Counted from the stretch's first letter, positions 1 to 9,557 are shown. The stretch is DNA of 64,000 nt from Thermoanaerobaculia bacterium (GCA_036261885.1 DATAJY010000017.1:226581-290580); one strand, 5' to 3'. Translations and numbers: made by a program. Notes: generated from the letters alone by a model not told the origin.

Positions 1-317
1 GCGGGCCAGAGATCCGTCGGATTCGTGACCGACGCTTCATCCTCGGGATCGATGCCGCGCGCGAACAGCTCTTCGCGTCGCGCGTCGACGCTCTCTCCTT
101 TATGCGCGAGCTTCACGAGAGTGTTGAAGCTGAAGGCGGGGAAATGGCCCTCGTAGAAAACGATCGGATTGCGCAGCGCGATCGGCCGGTCGTAATACGC
201 CGCGTCGTTCACGAGCGCGAACAACTCCTTCGTCCGCTCGCGATTTGCGCGATACCACTTCAGCAGATCGTCACGCGTGATGCCGTTCGGATAGGCGTGA
301 TGCCGGAGACCGCTCAT
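1..317 (-). CDS. OvoA/EgtB-like non-heme iron sulfoxide synthase, N-terminal part (runs off window)
   Basis: Not in the ORF track. Manual translation from ATG at 317 gives MSGLRHHAYPNGITRDDLLKWYRANRERTKELFALVNDAAYYDRPIALRNPIVFYEGHFPAFSFNTLVK...EELFARGIDP..., resembling the OvoA RHPLIFYxGH...FxxGVD DinB-like segment. Confidence 0.65.
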   Translation of the reverse strand, partial: MSGLRHHAYPNGITRDDLLKWYRANRERTKELFALVNDAAYYDRPIALRNPIVFYEGHFPAFSFNTLVKLAHKGESVDARREELFARGIDPEDEASVTNPTDLWP

Positions 318-363
318 TGCGTCGCGTATGGTAGTGGAGTCGAAGCACGCGCCGCGCCTCAGC

Positions 364-1116
364 TCACGCCGTCACCTCTTCTCCCACCGGAATCTCCACG
401 ACCCGGAATGGCTGCCGCTCGGGAAAACTGGTCAGCAGCACCGGCATCGCCACGTTGTAAACCGGTGCGGCCCCTTTCGTTCGCCCCTGCGGCGCGCCGC
501 GGTGCGCATGACCGTGGAACACGGCATTGACGCGATAGCGATCGATCGGCTCTTCGAGTCGCGATGAGCCGAGGAAAGCGACGATCTCGAGCGGTTCCCC
601 TTCGACCGTGGCCTGAATCGGCGAGTAGTGCAGCACCGCGATCTTTTGCGGCGTACGCAAACGCGCCAGGGCCGCTTCGAGCTTCAACGATTCGTTGATC
701 GCCTCGTGCACGAAGTCTTTGATGATCGGCTCGCCCCATGCGCCGAGCGCGCGACGGCCGAAGCCGCCCGCGAAGCCTTTCACCCCGGCGAAGCCGACGC
801 CGTGCAACTCGTACGAGTCGCCGTCGAGAATGACCACGCCCGCATCGGAGAGGATCGAGACCAGCTCCTTCTCGTTGTTCGACTCACAGTCGTGATTGCC
901 GAGCACGGCGATGGCGGGGATGCGCAGCGACGAGGTGATTTCCTTCGCCAGAATCTTCGCCTCCTCGGAGGTGCCGTAATCGGTGAGGTCACCGCACAGC
1001 AGAATCACGTCGGCCTCTTCGGTCGCTTTCGCGAAGAGCGGCTGCAGCATTCCGGCCGAGCTCTTCTTTACATGAATGTCGGCGACGGCGGCGATCCGGA
1101 GTGTTTCTCGTTCCAT
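364..1116 (-). CDS. Calcineurin-like metallophosphoesterase
   Basis: Motifs ADIH, CGDLTD, LGNHD, LHY and HGHAH. ATG at 1116 directly follows the upstream stop. Confidence 0.9.
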   Translation of the reverse strand: MERETLRIAAVADIHVKKSSAGMLQPLFAKATEEADVILLCGDLTDYGTSEEAKILAKEITSSLRIPAIAVLGNHDCESNNEKELVSILSDAGVVILDGDSYELHGVGFAGVKGFAGGFGRRALGAWGEPIIKDFVHEAINESLKLEAALARLRTPQKIAVLHYSPIQATVEGEPLEIVAFLGSSRLEEPIDRYRVNAVFHGHAHRGAPQGRTKGAAPVYNVAMPVLLTSFPERQPFRVVEIPVGEEVTA

Positions 1117-1117
1117 G

Positions 1118-1924
1118 TCACTTCGCTCCATCAACAGCGATGCCCGCCGTCCACAGCTCGATGTCTTCGGGCGACATCGTGTCGTGCACGAGGCGTGCGT
1201 CGTCGTAACCCCATTCGCGAATGTCCTTCAGATACTGCTGGCGCGAGAGGATCGTGCCGTAGTTGACCTTCTCCTCCGCATTGCCGGAGAGCGTCTCCGC
1301 GCGCAGACGTGAGGTCAGCTCGTCGATCACCCAGCGCGGCACCTGGTCGCGATCGCTCGGATAGATGAAGCCGAACATCACGATGTGTGCGTAGAGCGCC
1401 CGCCAGTACGGGCCGAACCGGTCGAGTAACCGCTGCCAGTCGAGTCGATCGCCGACCGCACGCACGACATGCGCGACGTCCGCGCCGTCGAAACGCTCGC
1501 GCTCCATGATCAAACCTTTCGACCAGATCATCTCCTCGGCGGGGATGAGCTGCACCGGCACGCCGAAGACCGTCTCGTCCACCGCATGCTCGAACCAGAG
1601 GTCATCGACCTCCGCCACACCATTGCCGGCGCTGTAGATCAGGTCGACGAAATCGTCACCTTTGTAAGCCTTGCCGAGCCAGTGCGGAAACGTCAGCTCC
1701 GCCTTGTATCCGTGCTTCTGGAATGCCCACGCCGCGCGGCCGAAATCCTCGCGGCGGATGAAGACGTCGAAGTCCTTGGTGTGACGCTCGATTCCGGTGT
1801 AGCGGGCGAACGCATACGCCCCGCCGACGAGGTGCGGAATCGCGGCATCTTTGAGGATGGCGAGCGCGTGCCGGTAGAAGCGAATGCTCGCATCGGAGAG
1901 GACGGCCTGTTCAGTCGCAGCCAT
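1118..1924 (-). CDS. Nucleotidyltransferase family protein
   Basis: VGGAYA...RHTKDFDVF signature (GG...DxD). Start taken at MAATEQ. Confidence 0.8.
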   Translation of the reverse strand: MAATEQAVLSDASIRFYRHALAILKDAAIPHLVGGAYAFARYTGIERHTKDFDVFIRREDFGRAAWAFQKHGYKAELTFPHWLGKAYKGDDFVDLIYSAGNGVAEVDDLWFEHAVDETVFGVPVQLIPAEEMIWSKGLIMERERFDGADVAHVVRAVGDRLDWQRLLDRFGPYWRALYAHIVMFGFIYPSDRDQVPRWVIDELTSRLRAETLSGNAEEKVNYGTILSRQQYLKDIREWGYDDARLVHDTMSPEDIELWTAGIAVDGAK

Positions 1925-1978
1925 GTGGTCCCTGTCTCTTTCTTGCGCCAAATAACTGATGGCGTGGAATGGGAGAAG

Positions 1979-1994
1979 AGCAGGTTCTGTGCCG
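1979..1994 (-). promoter_or_regulatory. Putative sigma54 -24/-12 promoter
   Basis: Minus strand CGGCACAGAACCTGCT with GG-N10-GC spacing, about 55 nt upstream of the nucleotidyltransferase start. Confidence 0.55.
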
Positions 1995-2073
1995 CGGTGA
2001 TGAAGCGGTAAGAAGTGGGATTGCAGGGAGTTACGCGTGCAGATGGGGCGCGACGGACGAGCCCGTGCGGCTG

Positions 2074-2928
2074 CTAGTTCACGGCGGCGCCGATCATGAT
2101 CGGCGAGCCGGTGGTGGTGATGCGGAAGTCGGGCGGGGCGGTGCCGATGGTGAGCGAGCGTTTGTCCGCCGCCCATTTGCCGAGGCCGGCGTCGCAGTTC
2201 TTGAGGGCACAGAGGATGTGCGCGGAGGCCGTACGCGCCTCGATCTTCGGAGCGGTGGTGCTACTTTGCTGCACCTTCAATGCAACCGATCCTGCACGCG
2301 AGTAGGCTTCGGCGCGGCCGGTGATGCGGTCGAGAGTGATGCCGCCGCTGTCGGTGGAGATGACGTACTTGCCGATCGACTGCACCACCGAAATGCCTCC
2401 GCCGGTGGCGGAGGCTTTCACGCGTCCGTTCATGTTGCGGATGGCCACGCCCCCGTTTTTCGCGCGCACGTCGACGTACGTTCCCTTCGGCACGAAGAGG
2501 GTCATGTTCACCCACCACGCCTGCGTGTTGTCGTTCTGCGGCCCGAGAGCTTCGATGCGGCCGTTGGCGAAAGAGACGGTGATCGCGCCGAGAGCGCGCT
2601 GGGCCTGCTCGCGGGAGTTGGCGGCGGCGAAGCGGCAGACCTGCAGCCGCGCAAACGGCTTGTTCCAGCCGCGGATGGAGACGCCGCCTTCCTGACTTGC
2701 GTCCACACGGAGCTGCGGCTCTGCGCCGGTCAGCGAAAGCTCGCGCTGTTCGGAATCGCTGACCTGCTGCGTGAACGTGGTGAAGGTGGTCTTGTAGAAG
2801 TGTTCGCAGTCGCCCGCCGAGTCGGCGGAGTGGTCCTGCTCCGAGCCGATGATCTGACGCTCCAGTGCAGCGTCCGCCGGGATCGCCGCGAAGAGGACGA
2901 TCGACAGAATGAGGGCAACCCGTTTCAT
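2074..2928 (-). CDS. Secreted DUF4097/adhesin-like beta-strand repeat protein
   Basis: Signal peptide, then repeated units such as AKNGGVAI, ATGGGISV, TDSGGITL. Confidence 0.65.
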   Translation of the reverse strand: MKRVALILSIVLFAAIPADAALERQIIGSEQDHSADSAGDCEHFYKTTFTTFTQQVSDSEQRELSLTGAEPQLRVDASQEGGVSIRGWNKPFARLQVCRFAAANSREQAQRALGAITVSFANGRIEALGPQNDNTQAWWVNMTLFVPKGTYVDVRAKNGGVAIRNMNGRVKASATGGGISVVQSIGKYVISTDSGGITLDRITGRAEAYSRAGSVALKVQQSSTTAPKIEARTASAHILCALKNCDAGLGKWAADKRSLTIGTAPPDFRITTTGSPIMIGAAVN

Positions 2929-3050
2929 ACGGTCCTGATGTCTATACGGTTACGAACGAGCTTCAGTTAGGTTTCGACGGCGTGGCCGTCAGCGGTGGCC
3001 GGCCAAGCCTGCCTCACGGCGGGCTCCTCGGGGCCGAACATTTCGCAAAA

Positions 3051-4427
3051 TCATCCAGCGATCGGCGGAATGTACGGCAACGTGCGTGCGAACAGCCAGC
3101 ACAGCAGCAGCACCACCGGCGCGTGAAAGAGCAGTTGCAGGATCGAGTAGCCGGCCAGATCGCGCGCCTTGACGTTGAGGATGCCCATGAGCGGAAGCAT
3201 CCAGAACGGATTGATGAGGTTCGGCAGCGCTTCGGCGGCGTTGTAGATCTGCACCGTCCAGCCGAGGTGCACGTGCCATGAGCTCGCGGCGGCCATGACG
3301 TACGGCGCCTCGATGATCCACTTGCCGCCGCCCGACGGGACGAACATGCCGAGCATTGCGGAGTAGAGCGCGACCACGAGCGGAAACGTTTCCTTCGTGG
3401 TGATGTGCACGAAGAGCTCCGCGAGACGTTCGGCGATCGGTGTCTTCGAGATCATCCCGAAGATGCCGCCGTAGAACGGGAACTGGATCAACACGCCGGC
3501 CGTGGCCGGAACCGATCTGCCGACCGCGCGCAGAAACGAACGTGGCCGCCAGTGCAGCAGGAGGCCTGCCGCGAGGAACGCGAGATTGAAGTTGTTGAGA
3601 TCGAGCGCGGCCAGCCCTCCTTTCTCGAAGAACTGCTGGCCGAGAAACCAGAACATCAGCGCGGCGACGAGGATGCTGAGCACCGGATGGTTCTCCGCCC
3701 GTTCGCCCGGCGTCGCCGGTGGCGCGACGCGTTCTTCGGCCTCGCGCTGCGTGGGCATCGGACGCGCGTCTTCATCGCGCGGTGCGGAGTAGTAGGCGAC
3801 CAGAATCGAGACGACGATCAGCACCAGCGCCATGACCACGCTTTGCCAGAGAAAGATCGTCTGCGTCAGCGGAAGCACGCCGGTGATCGGCAGCAGCGAC
3901 GCCGGGATCGAAGACTTCGTCGCCTGCAGCAGCGCGGCGGACGATGAGAGACCGAGTGCCCAGACGCTCCCCAGCCCGAGGTAGGCGGCGGCGCCGATGG
4001 CGCGATAGTCGACGCGCGGATTGCGCCGCGTGATCTCGCGCACCAGCAGCCCGGTGAAGATCAGCGAGAGCCCCCACGAGAGCAGGGAGGAGAGCATCGC
4101 GAACGCCGCGACGAATGCCACCGCACCGCGACCGCTTTTCGGAATCGCGGCGAGCTTCGCGGTCAGCCGCGCAATCGGCGGCGAGCTGGCGACGACGAAT
4201 CCGCCGACGATCACGAGGGCCATCTGCATCGTGAAGTTCACGAGCGACCAGAAGCCGCTCCCGAATTCGTGCGCGAGCCTCGACGGCGCCACGCCGATCG
4301 AGAGTCCACCGGCGAACACGAGCACGATTGCACCGAGTGCGAAGACGAAGGCGTCGGGAAACCAGCGCTCGCAGGCGTCGGCGATGCGCGAGCCGAGACG
4401 GGCCAGAACGTTCGAGCGGTTCTGCAT
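3051..4427 (-). CDS. atoE: Short-chain fatty acid transporter (AtoE family)
   Basis: WFPDAFVFA, FTMQMAL, VDYR, FVPSGGGKW and NLINPFWMLP motifs; multiple TM helices. Confidence 0.85.
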   Translation of the reverse strand: MQNRSNVLARLGSRIADACERWFPDAFVFALGAIVLVFAGGLSIGVAPSRLAHEFGSGFWSLVNFTMQMALVIVGGFVVASSPPIARLTAKLAAIPKSGRGAVAFVAAFAMLSSLLSWGLSLIFTGLLVREITRRNPRVDYRAIGAAAYLGLGSVWALGLSSSAALLQATKSSIPASLLPITGVLPLTQTIFLWQSVVMALVLIVVSILVAYYSAPRDEDARPMPTQREAEERVAPPATPGERAENHPVLSILVAALMFWFLGQQFFEKGGLAALDLNNFNLAFLAAGLLLHWRPRSFLRAVGRSVPATAGVLIQFPFYGGIFGMISKTPIAERLAELFVHITTKETFPLVVALYSAMLGMFVPSGGGKWIIEAPYVMAAASSWHVHLGWTVQIYNAAEALPNLINPFWMLPLMGILNVKARDLAGYSILQLLFHAPVVLLLCWLFARTLPYIPPIAG

Positions 4428-4509
4428 TCGTCTATGGTGCCGGAGAGACGAAGTTCGGTCCTCCATTTTTCCGAAAGCGGAGCGCGGCGAATGATCGTGC
4501 GCACACGGC

Positions 4510-4525
4510 TGGCAATCGTTGTGCA
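4510..4525 (+). promoter_or_regulatory. Putative sigma54 -24/-12 promoter
   Basis: TGGCAATCGTTGTGCA; predicted +1 near 4536, 2 nt before the ATG at 4538. Confidence 0.5.
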
Positions 4526-4537
4526 CGCTGCGCTCGC

Positions 4538-5605
4538 ATGGCAACAGCACAAGCGACGACCGATCACGATGCAATTCGTCAGTGGGTGGAAGCGCGCGGT
4601 GGCAATCCGGCGCGCGTGACGGCGACGGGGACGCGCAGCGATCCTGGGATTCTGCGCATCGATTTTCCAGGCTACAGCGGCGAGGACACGCTCGAAGCGA
4701 TCGAATGGGACGAGTTCTTCGAGTGGTTCGATCGTGACGGGCTGGCGCTCCTTCTTTCGGAGGAAGACGACAACCGCTTCAACAAGTTCGTGAGCCGCGA
4801 CAACGTCGAAGGGGAAGCGTCTGGCGGCAATGCGTCCAGAGGCAAGTCGTCGTCGAAGCGACGCGCGCCTTCGTCTTCGAAGAAGCGCGCGTCCGCGTCG
4901 TCGAAGAAAGCCGCGTCGAAGAAAGCCGCTTCCGCCTCCTCGAAGAAAACATCTTCGAAGAAAGCATCGGCGAAAAAGGCGTCTTCGAAGAAAGGCTCCA
5001 CCGCTTCGAAGAAGGCGGCATCCAGGAAAGCAGCATCGAAGAAAGCCGGTGCGTCGCGAAAAGCGTCCTCCGCGTCGAAGCGCAGCGCTGCCTCCTCGAA
5101 ACGCAGCGCAACCGCGGCGAAGCGGAGCGCAGGTTCTTCGAAGAAGCGCGGCGTGACCTCGTCGAAGAAAGCGGCTTTCTCAAAGAAAGCTGCTACCTCG
5201 AAGAAAGCGACTTCCGCGAGGAAAGCGGCAGCTCCTGCGAGAAAGGCGGCCTCGTCGAAGAAAGCGCCGGGCGTGAAACGGACGGCGGCGAAAGCGTCGA
5301 AGAAGACGTCCACCAAGTCGAGAAAATCGACCGCGAAGAACGGCGGCTCGCTCATCACCACCGATCACGACGAGATCCGCGAGTGGGTCGAGGCGCGCGG
5401 CGGCTTCCCGGCGCACGTGAAACGGACCGGCCGGAAGAAGAACGATCCGGGTGTGCTGCGCATCGACTATCCCGGCTTCAGCGGCACCGAATCGCTCGAG
5501 CGCATCGACTGGGATGAGTGGTTCGATGCCTTCGACCGCAACAAACTCGCGTTCCTCTATCAGGACAAACGAAACTCGCGCTTCTCGAAGCTCGTGAACC
5601 GGTAG
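4538..5605 (+). CDS. Protein with two copies of a small TTDHDxIRxWVEARGG domain joined by a histone H1-like K/A/S-rich linker
   Basis: Both terminal domains share TTDHD.IR.WVEARGG.PA.V..TG...DPG.LRID.PG.SG...LE.I.WDE.F..FDR..LA.L...RF.K.V.R. The linker consists of SKKA-type repeats. Confidence 0.85.
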   Translation: MATAQATTDHDAIRQWVEARGGNPARVTATGTRSDPGILRIDFPGYSGEDTLEAIEWDEFFEWFDRDGLALLLSEEDDNRFNKFVSRDNVEGEASGGNASRGKSSSKRRAPSSSKKRASASSKKAASKKAASASSKKTSSKKASAKKASSKKGSTASKKAASRKAASKKAGASRKASSASKRSAASSKRSATAAKRSAGSSKKRGVTSSKKAAFSKKAATSKKATSARKAAAPARKAASSKKAPGVKRTAAKASKKTSTKSRKSTAKNGGSLITTDHDEIREWVEARGGFPAHVKRTGRKKNDPGVLRIDYPGFSGTESLERIDWDEWFDAFDRNKLAFLYQDKRNSRFSKLVNR

Positions 5606-5615
5606 ACTCGCGGCC

Positions 5616-8543
5616 GTGAGTCGCGAGTTTCAACGCTGGGATGCCGTTCCTTTCCCGCACGAAGAACGGGCGGTCGCGACACGCTTCGAGCATCGCGACC
5701 GCCTGCAGACCCTCTCCATCGACGCCGCCTCGCTCGCATCCGAATTGAAGCGTCACGTCCGCGGCGAAGTGCGCTTCGACGATGGCTCGCGCGCGCTCTA
5801 CGCCACCGACGCCTCGAACTACCGGCAGACGCCGATTGGCGTGGTCGTCCCCCGCGATGCCGATGACGTCGTCGCCACCGTGGCCCTGGCGCGCAAACAT
5901 GGCGCGCCGATCCTCGGCCGCGGCGCCGGCACGAGCCTGGCCGGGCAGTGCTGCAACGTCGCCGTGGTGCTCGACATGTCGAAGTACATGCACCGCGTCG
6001 TGGAGATGAATCCGGCCGCGAAGTACGCGCGCGTGGAACCGGGAATCGTGCTCGACGATCTGCGCCGCGAGGCGGAGAAACACACGCTCACGTTCGGTCC
6101 CGATCCGGCCACGCACGCGCAGTGCACCCTCGGCGGCATGATCGGCAACAACTCCTGCGGCGTGCACTCGATCATGTCCGGCAAGACCGTCGACAACATC
6201 GAGGCGCTCGAAGTGCTGACCTACGACGGCTTCCGCTTCCGCGTCGGCGCGACGCCCGACGACGAGCTCGAATCGATCATCAACGGCGGCGGCCGCGTCG
6301 CCGAGATCTACGCCAGCCTCAAAACCATTCGCGACAAATACGCGAACCTCATCCGCGAGAAGTTTCCGCGCGTCCCGCGCCGCGTCTCCGGCTACAACCT
6401 CGACGAGCTGCTGCCCGAGAACGGCTTTCATGTCGCGCGCGCGCTCGTCGGCAGCGAGTCGACGTGCGTGCTCGTGCTCGAAGCGACCACGAAGCTCGTG
6501 CACTCGCCCCCATCCCGCGCGCTCGTCGTGGCGGGATACGGCAGCGTCTACGACGCGGCTGATGACGTCACGCGCGTGCTGGCGTTCGGGCCGATCGGTC
6601 TCGAAGGCTTCGACGATCTGCTCGTGCGCGATCAGCAGTTCAAGCGGATGAATCCGCACGGGATCGCGCTGCTGCCTCCGGGCAATGGCTGGCTGCTCGT
6701 CGAGTTCGGCGGCCACACGCTCGAGGAAGCGATGGCGAAAGCCGGCGCCTTCGCCGCAACCGTGCCGAACGCGCGCGTGTTCGACAACGCGTCGAAGGAA
6801 GCGCGTTTCGTCTGGGCCGTGCGCGAGTCGGGACTCGGCGCCACCGGACACGTCCCCGGCAAGCCGCTGATGTGGGAAGGGTGGGAAGACGCGGCGGTGG
6901 CGCCGGAGAAGCTCGGCGGCTATCTGCGCGATCTGCGCAAGCTGCTCGAGCGTTATCAGTACGGCGGCGATTTCTACGGCCACTTCGGCGACGGCTGCGT
7001 GCACACGCGCACGAATTTCGATCTCACGTCGAACGAGGGAATCGCGAAGTTCCGCTCGTTTCTCAACGACGCGGCCGATCTCGTCGCGTCGTACGGCGGC
7101 TCGTTCTCCGGCGAGCACGGCGACGGACAGGCGCGCGCGGCGCTGCTCGAAAAAATGTTCGGCCCCGAGCTGATGCAGGCGTTCCGCGAGTTCAAGGCGG
7201 TGTGGGATCCGGAGTGGAAAATGAATCCCGGCAAGCTGATCTCGCCGTACGAGCCGGACGAGAACCTCCGCCTCGGCGCGGAGTACAAGCCGTGGAATCC
7301 GGAGACCCATTTCGCGTACGCCGAGGATCACGGGCGGATGAATCATGCGGTGCTGCGCTGCGTCGGTGTCGGCCGTTGCCGGCGACTCGACGGCGGCACG
7401 ATGTGCCCGAGCTATCAGGTCACGCGCGAAGAAGAGCATTCGACGCGCGGCCGTGCGCGGCTGCTGTTCGAGATGTTCGAAGGCGAGACCGTTCCGAGCT
7501 CGTGGGACAACCAGGCGGTTAAAGACTCGCTCGATCTCTGCCTCGCGTGCAAAGGCTGCAAGGGCGACTGCCCGACGCAGGTCGACATGGCCACGTACAA
7601 GGCCGAGTTCATGTCGCACTACTACGAGAACCATCGCCGGCCCCTGGCCGCGTACACGATGGGACTCATCCAGATGTGGGCCGGCTACGCGCAGCACATG
7701 CCGCGTCTCGCGAATCTGATGATGTCGCTCTCGAAGCCTTTCCTGCACGTCGCGGAGCAGCGGAAGATGCCGCGCTTCGCGAAGCAGACGTTCCTGCAGC
7801 GTTACGCGTCGGAACGGGTGATTCAGAAGGAGCCGCGTGGCCGCGTGGTGCTCTGGCCCGACACGTTCAACAATCACTTTCGTCCCGAGACCGCGAGCGC
7901 CGCGCTCGACGTGCTGCAGCAACTCGGCTACGACGTCACCGTTCCGCGGAAACGCGTCTGCTGCGGGCGGCCGCTGTACGACTGGGGTTTTCTCGATCGC
8001 GCGAAGCAGCAACTGCGCGAAACGCTCGACGTCCTGAAGCCGGAGCTCGATGAAGGATTGCCGATCGTCGGACTCGAGCCGAGTTGCGTGTCGGTGTTCC
8101 GCGATGAGCTGTTGAATCTTTTTCCGAATGACGAATCGGCGAAGAAGCTCGCGGCGACGGCGATGACGCTCAGCGAATTTCTACTGCGGGAGAACGTGGA
8201 GTTGCCGGCGGTGCACGCGAAGGCGATCGTGCAGGCGCACTGTCATCACAAGTCGGTGATGCGCTTCGATGCGGAGGAAGCGGTGTTGCGCAGGCTCGGC
8301 ATCGATCTCACGCATCCCGATTCCGGTTGCTGCGGAATGGCCGGCGCGTTCGGCTTCGAAGAAAAGCATTACGACCTGTCGATGAAGATCGGCGAGCGGG
8401 TGCTCCTGCCGATGGTGCGCGACGCATCGTCGGACACGCTGATCATCGCCAACGGGTTCAGTTGCCGCGAGCAGATCGAACAGGGAACGCGGCGGAAGAC
8501 TCTGCATCTCGCCGAGGTGGTGCGCCTGGCGTGGGAAGAGTGA
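5616..8543 (+). CDS. FAD-binding / Fe-S oxidoreductase (GlcD-GlcF fusion, YdiJ-like)
   Basis: GRGAGTSLAGQ, GGMIGNNSCG, SGEHGDG, CVGVGRC, CLACKGCKGDCP and CCG motifs. Confidence 0.9.
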   Translation: MSREFQRWDAVPFPHEERAVATRFEHRDRLQTLSIDAASLASELKRHVRGEVRFDDGSRALYATDASNYRQTPIGVVVPRDADDVVATVALARKHGAPILGRGAGTSLAGQCCNVAVVLDMSKYMHRVVEMNPAAKYARVEPGIVLDDLRREAEKHTLTFGPDPATHAQCTLGGMIGNNSCGVHSIMSGKTVDNIEALEVLTYDGFRFRVGATPDDELESIINGGGRVAEIYASLKTIRDKYANLIREKFPRVPRRVSGYNLDELLPENGFHVARALVGSESTCVLVLEATTKLVHSPPSRALVVAGYGSVYDAADDVTRVLAFGPIGLEGFDDLLVRDQQFKRMNPHGIALLPPGNGWLLVEFGGHTLEEAMAKAGAFAATVPNARVFDNASKEARFVWAVRESGLGATGHVPGKPLMWEGWEDAAVAPEKLGGYLRDLRKLLERYQYGGDFYGHFGDGCVHTRTNFDLTSNEGIAKFRSFLNDAADLVASYGGSFSGEHGDGQARAALLEKMFGPELMQAFREFKAVWDPEWKMNPGKLISPYEPDENLRLGAEYKPWNPETHFAYAEDHGRMNHAVLRCVGVGRCRRLDGGTMCPSYQVTREEEHSTRGRARLLFEMFEGETVPSSWDNQAVKDSLDLCLACKGCKGDCPTQVDMATYKAEFMSHYYENHRRPLAAYTMGLIQMWAGYAQHMPRLANLMMSLSKPFLHVAEQRKMPRFAKQTFLQRYASERVIQKEPRGRVVLWPDTFNNHFRPETASAALDVLQQLGYDVTVPRKRVCCGRPLYDWGFLDRAKQQLRETLDVLKPELDEGLPIVGLEPSCVSVFRDELLNLFPNDESAKKLAATAMTLSEFLLRENVELPAVHAKAIVQAHCHHKSVMRFDAEEAVLRRLGIDLTHPDSGCCGMAGAFGFEEKHYDLSMKIGERVLLPMVRDASSDTLIIANGFSCREQIEQGTRRKTLHLAEVVRLAWEE

Positions 8544-8574
8544 TGCTCGGGATTCGATACACTGCACGCACTGA

Positions 8575-9003
8575 ATGTCCTCGCGTGCGCGCCTCCTCGG
8601 TCATCCGCTGCATCAGGTTCTGATCGTCTTTCCGCTCGGACTGCTCGGAACGTCGTTCTTCTTCGATCTCGCGTATCTCGTGCACGAGAGTCCGAAGCTC
8701 GGCATCGCCTCGTCGTGGATGATCGCCGCGGGGGTGATCGGCGGTGCGATCGCGGCGCTGTTCGGGACGCTCGACTGGATGTCGATTCCGAAGGAAGCGC
8801 GGGCGCGGCGGGTCGGTGCATGGCACGGCGGAGGGAACGCGATCGTAGCGCTCCTCTTCGCCGCGAGTTGGGTGGTGCGCCGTGACCAGCCGGGACGTCC
8901 CGAGGGGGTCGCCATTGCGCTGTCGGCCCTCGGGGTTCTCCTCTGCGTGTTGACGGGCTGGCTGGGCAGCAAGCTCGCCGATCACTTTGAGGAGGAAAGC
9001 TGA
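8575..9003 (+). CDS. DUF2231 membrane protein
   Basis: GHPLH..LIVFPLG, G.LDW, HGGGN and GWLG motifs. Confidence 0.8.
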   Translation: MSSRARLLGHPLHQVLIVFPLGLLGTSFFFDLAYLVHESPKLGIASSWMIAAGVIGGAIAALFGTLDWMSIPKEARARRVGAWHGGGNAIVALLFAASWVVRRDQPGRPEGVAIALSALGVLLCVLTGWLGSKLADHFEEES

Positions 9004-9007
9004 CTTA

Positions 9008-9035
9008 CCCTCTCCCCGCACGTGCGGAGAGAGGG
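9008..9035. repeat. GC-rich hairpin between convergent genes (REP-like or terminator)
   Basis: CCCTCTCCCCGCA-CG-TGCGGAGAGAGGG. Confidence 0.55.
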
Positions 9036-9041
9036 AAGGCG

Positions 9042-9479
9042 TCAGATCCGGTCACGGCTCGATAGTGGCCCGTCCGAGCTGTTGTCGCCTCGCTCTTCGC
9101 GCGAGGAGCTGCTGCTCGACGTCGACGACGAGCTGCTCTGCGAGCGATTGCCGCCCGAGGACTCGAAGCCGCCGCGCTCTTCATTCGCCTGGCGAACGAA
9201 CGGCTGCGAGCCGGTGGCGATGTCGTTGCCGCCGCCGTTCCCGGTCGATGCAGCGCGGGCGCGTGCACCGCGGCTGTGACCGCCTTCGCGGCCGATCGCG
9301 GCCATGTGTGCCCGATCGCGACTGACTGCCTCGCCGCCCTTGCGTCCGGCGACGCGAGCTTCGTCGGAGGTGAATTCGTGCGCCGTGCCTTTCGCATGAG
9401 CCGCACGCCCGCCTTTGCTCGCGATCTCCTTCTGCTTGGACGGATCCATCGATGCAAAACCGCGCTTACTGGTTGCCAT
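9042..9479 (-). CDS. KGG-repeat general stress protein
   Basis: RGFASMDPSKQKEIASKGG..AHEFTSDEARVAGRKGG; GGGAG SD upstream. Confidence 0.9.
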   Translation of the reverse strand: MATSKRGFASMDPSKQKEIASKGGRAAHAKGTAHEFTSDEARVAGRKGGEAVSRDRAHMAAIGREGGHSRGARARAASTGNGGGNDIATGSQPFVRQANEERGGFESSGGNRSQSSSSSTSSSSSSREERGDNSSDGPLSSRDRI

Positions 9480-9541
9480 CTGTGTCTCCCTTCGGGGTTG
9501 GTTTCTCCATTTCCGTGCGCGTTGAACGCTGGAAACAGCCG

Positions 9542-9557
9542 AGCACGAAGCGCGCCA
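9542..9557 (-). promoter_or_regulatory. Putative sigma54 -24/-12 promoter
   Basis: Minus strand TGGCGCGCTTCGTGCT upstream of the KGG gene. Confidence 0.6.

Noticed and set aside
4672-5361. 229-aa F/D/A-repeat ORF on the minus strand
   Set aside because: Reverse complement of the SKKA-repeat linker.
5478-8012. Long antisense ORFs (844 aa here; also 38090-41425, 50898-53198, 21040-22860)
   Set aside because: Shadows of well-supported genes in high-GC DNA; no recognisable motifs.
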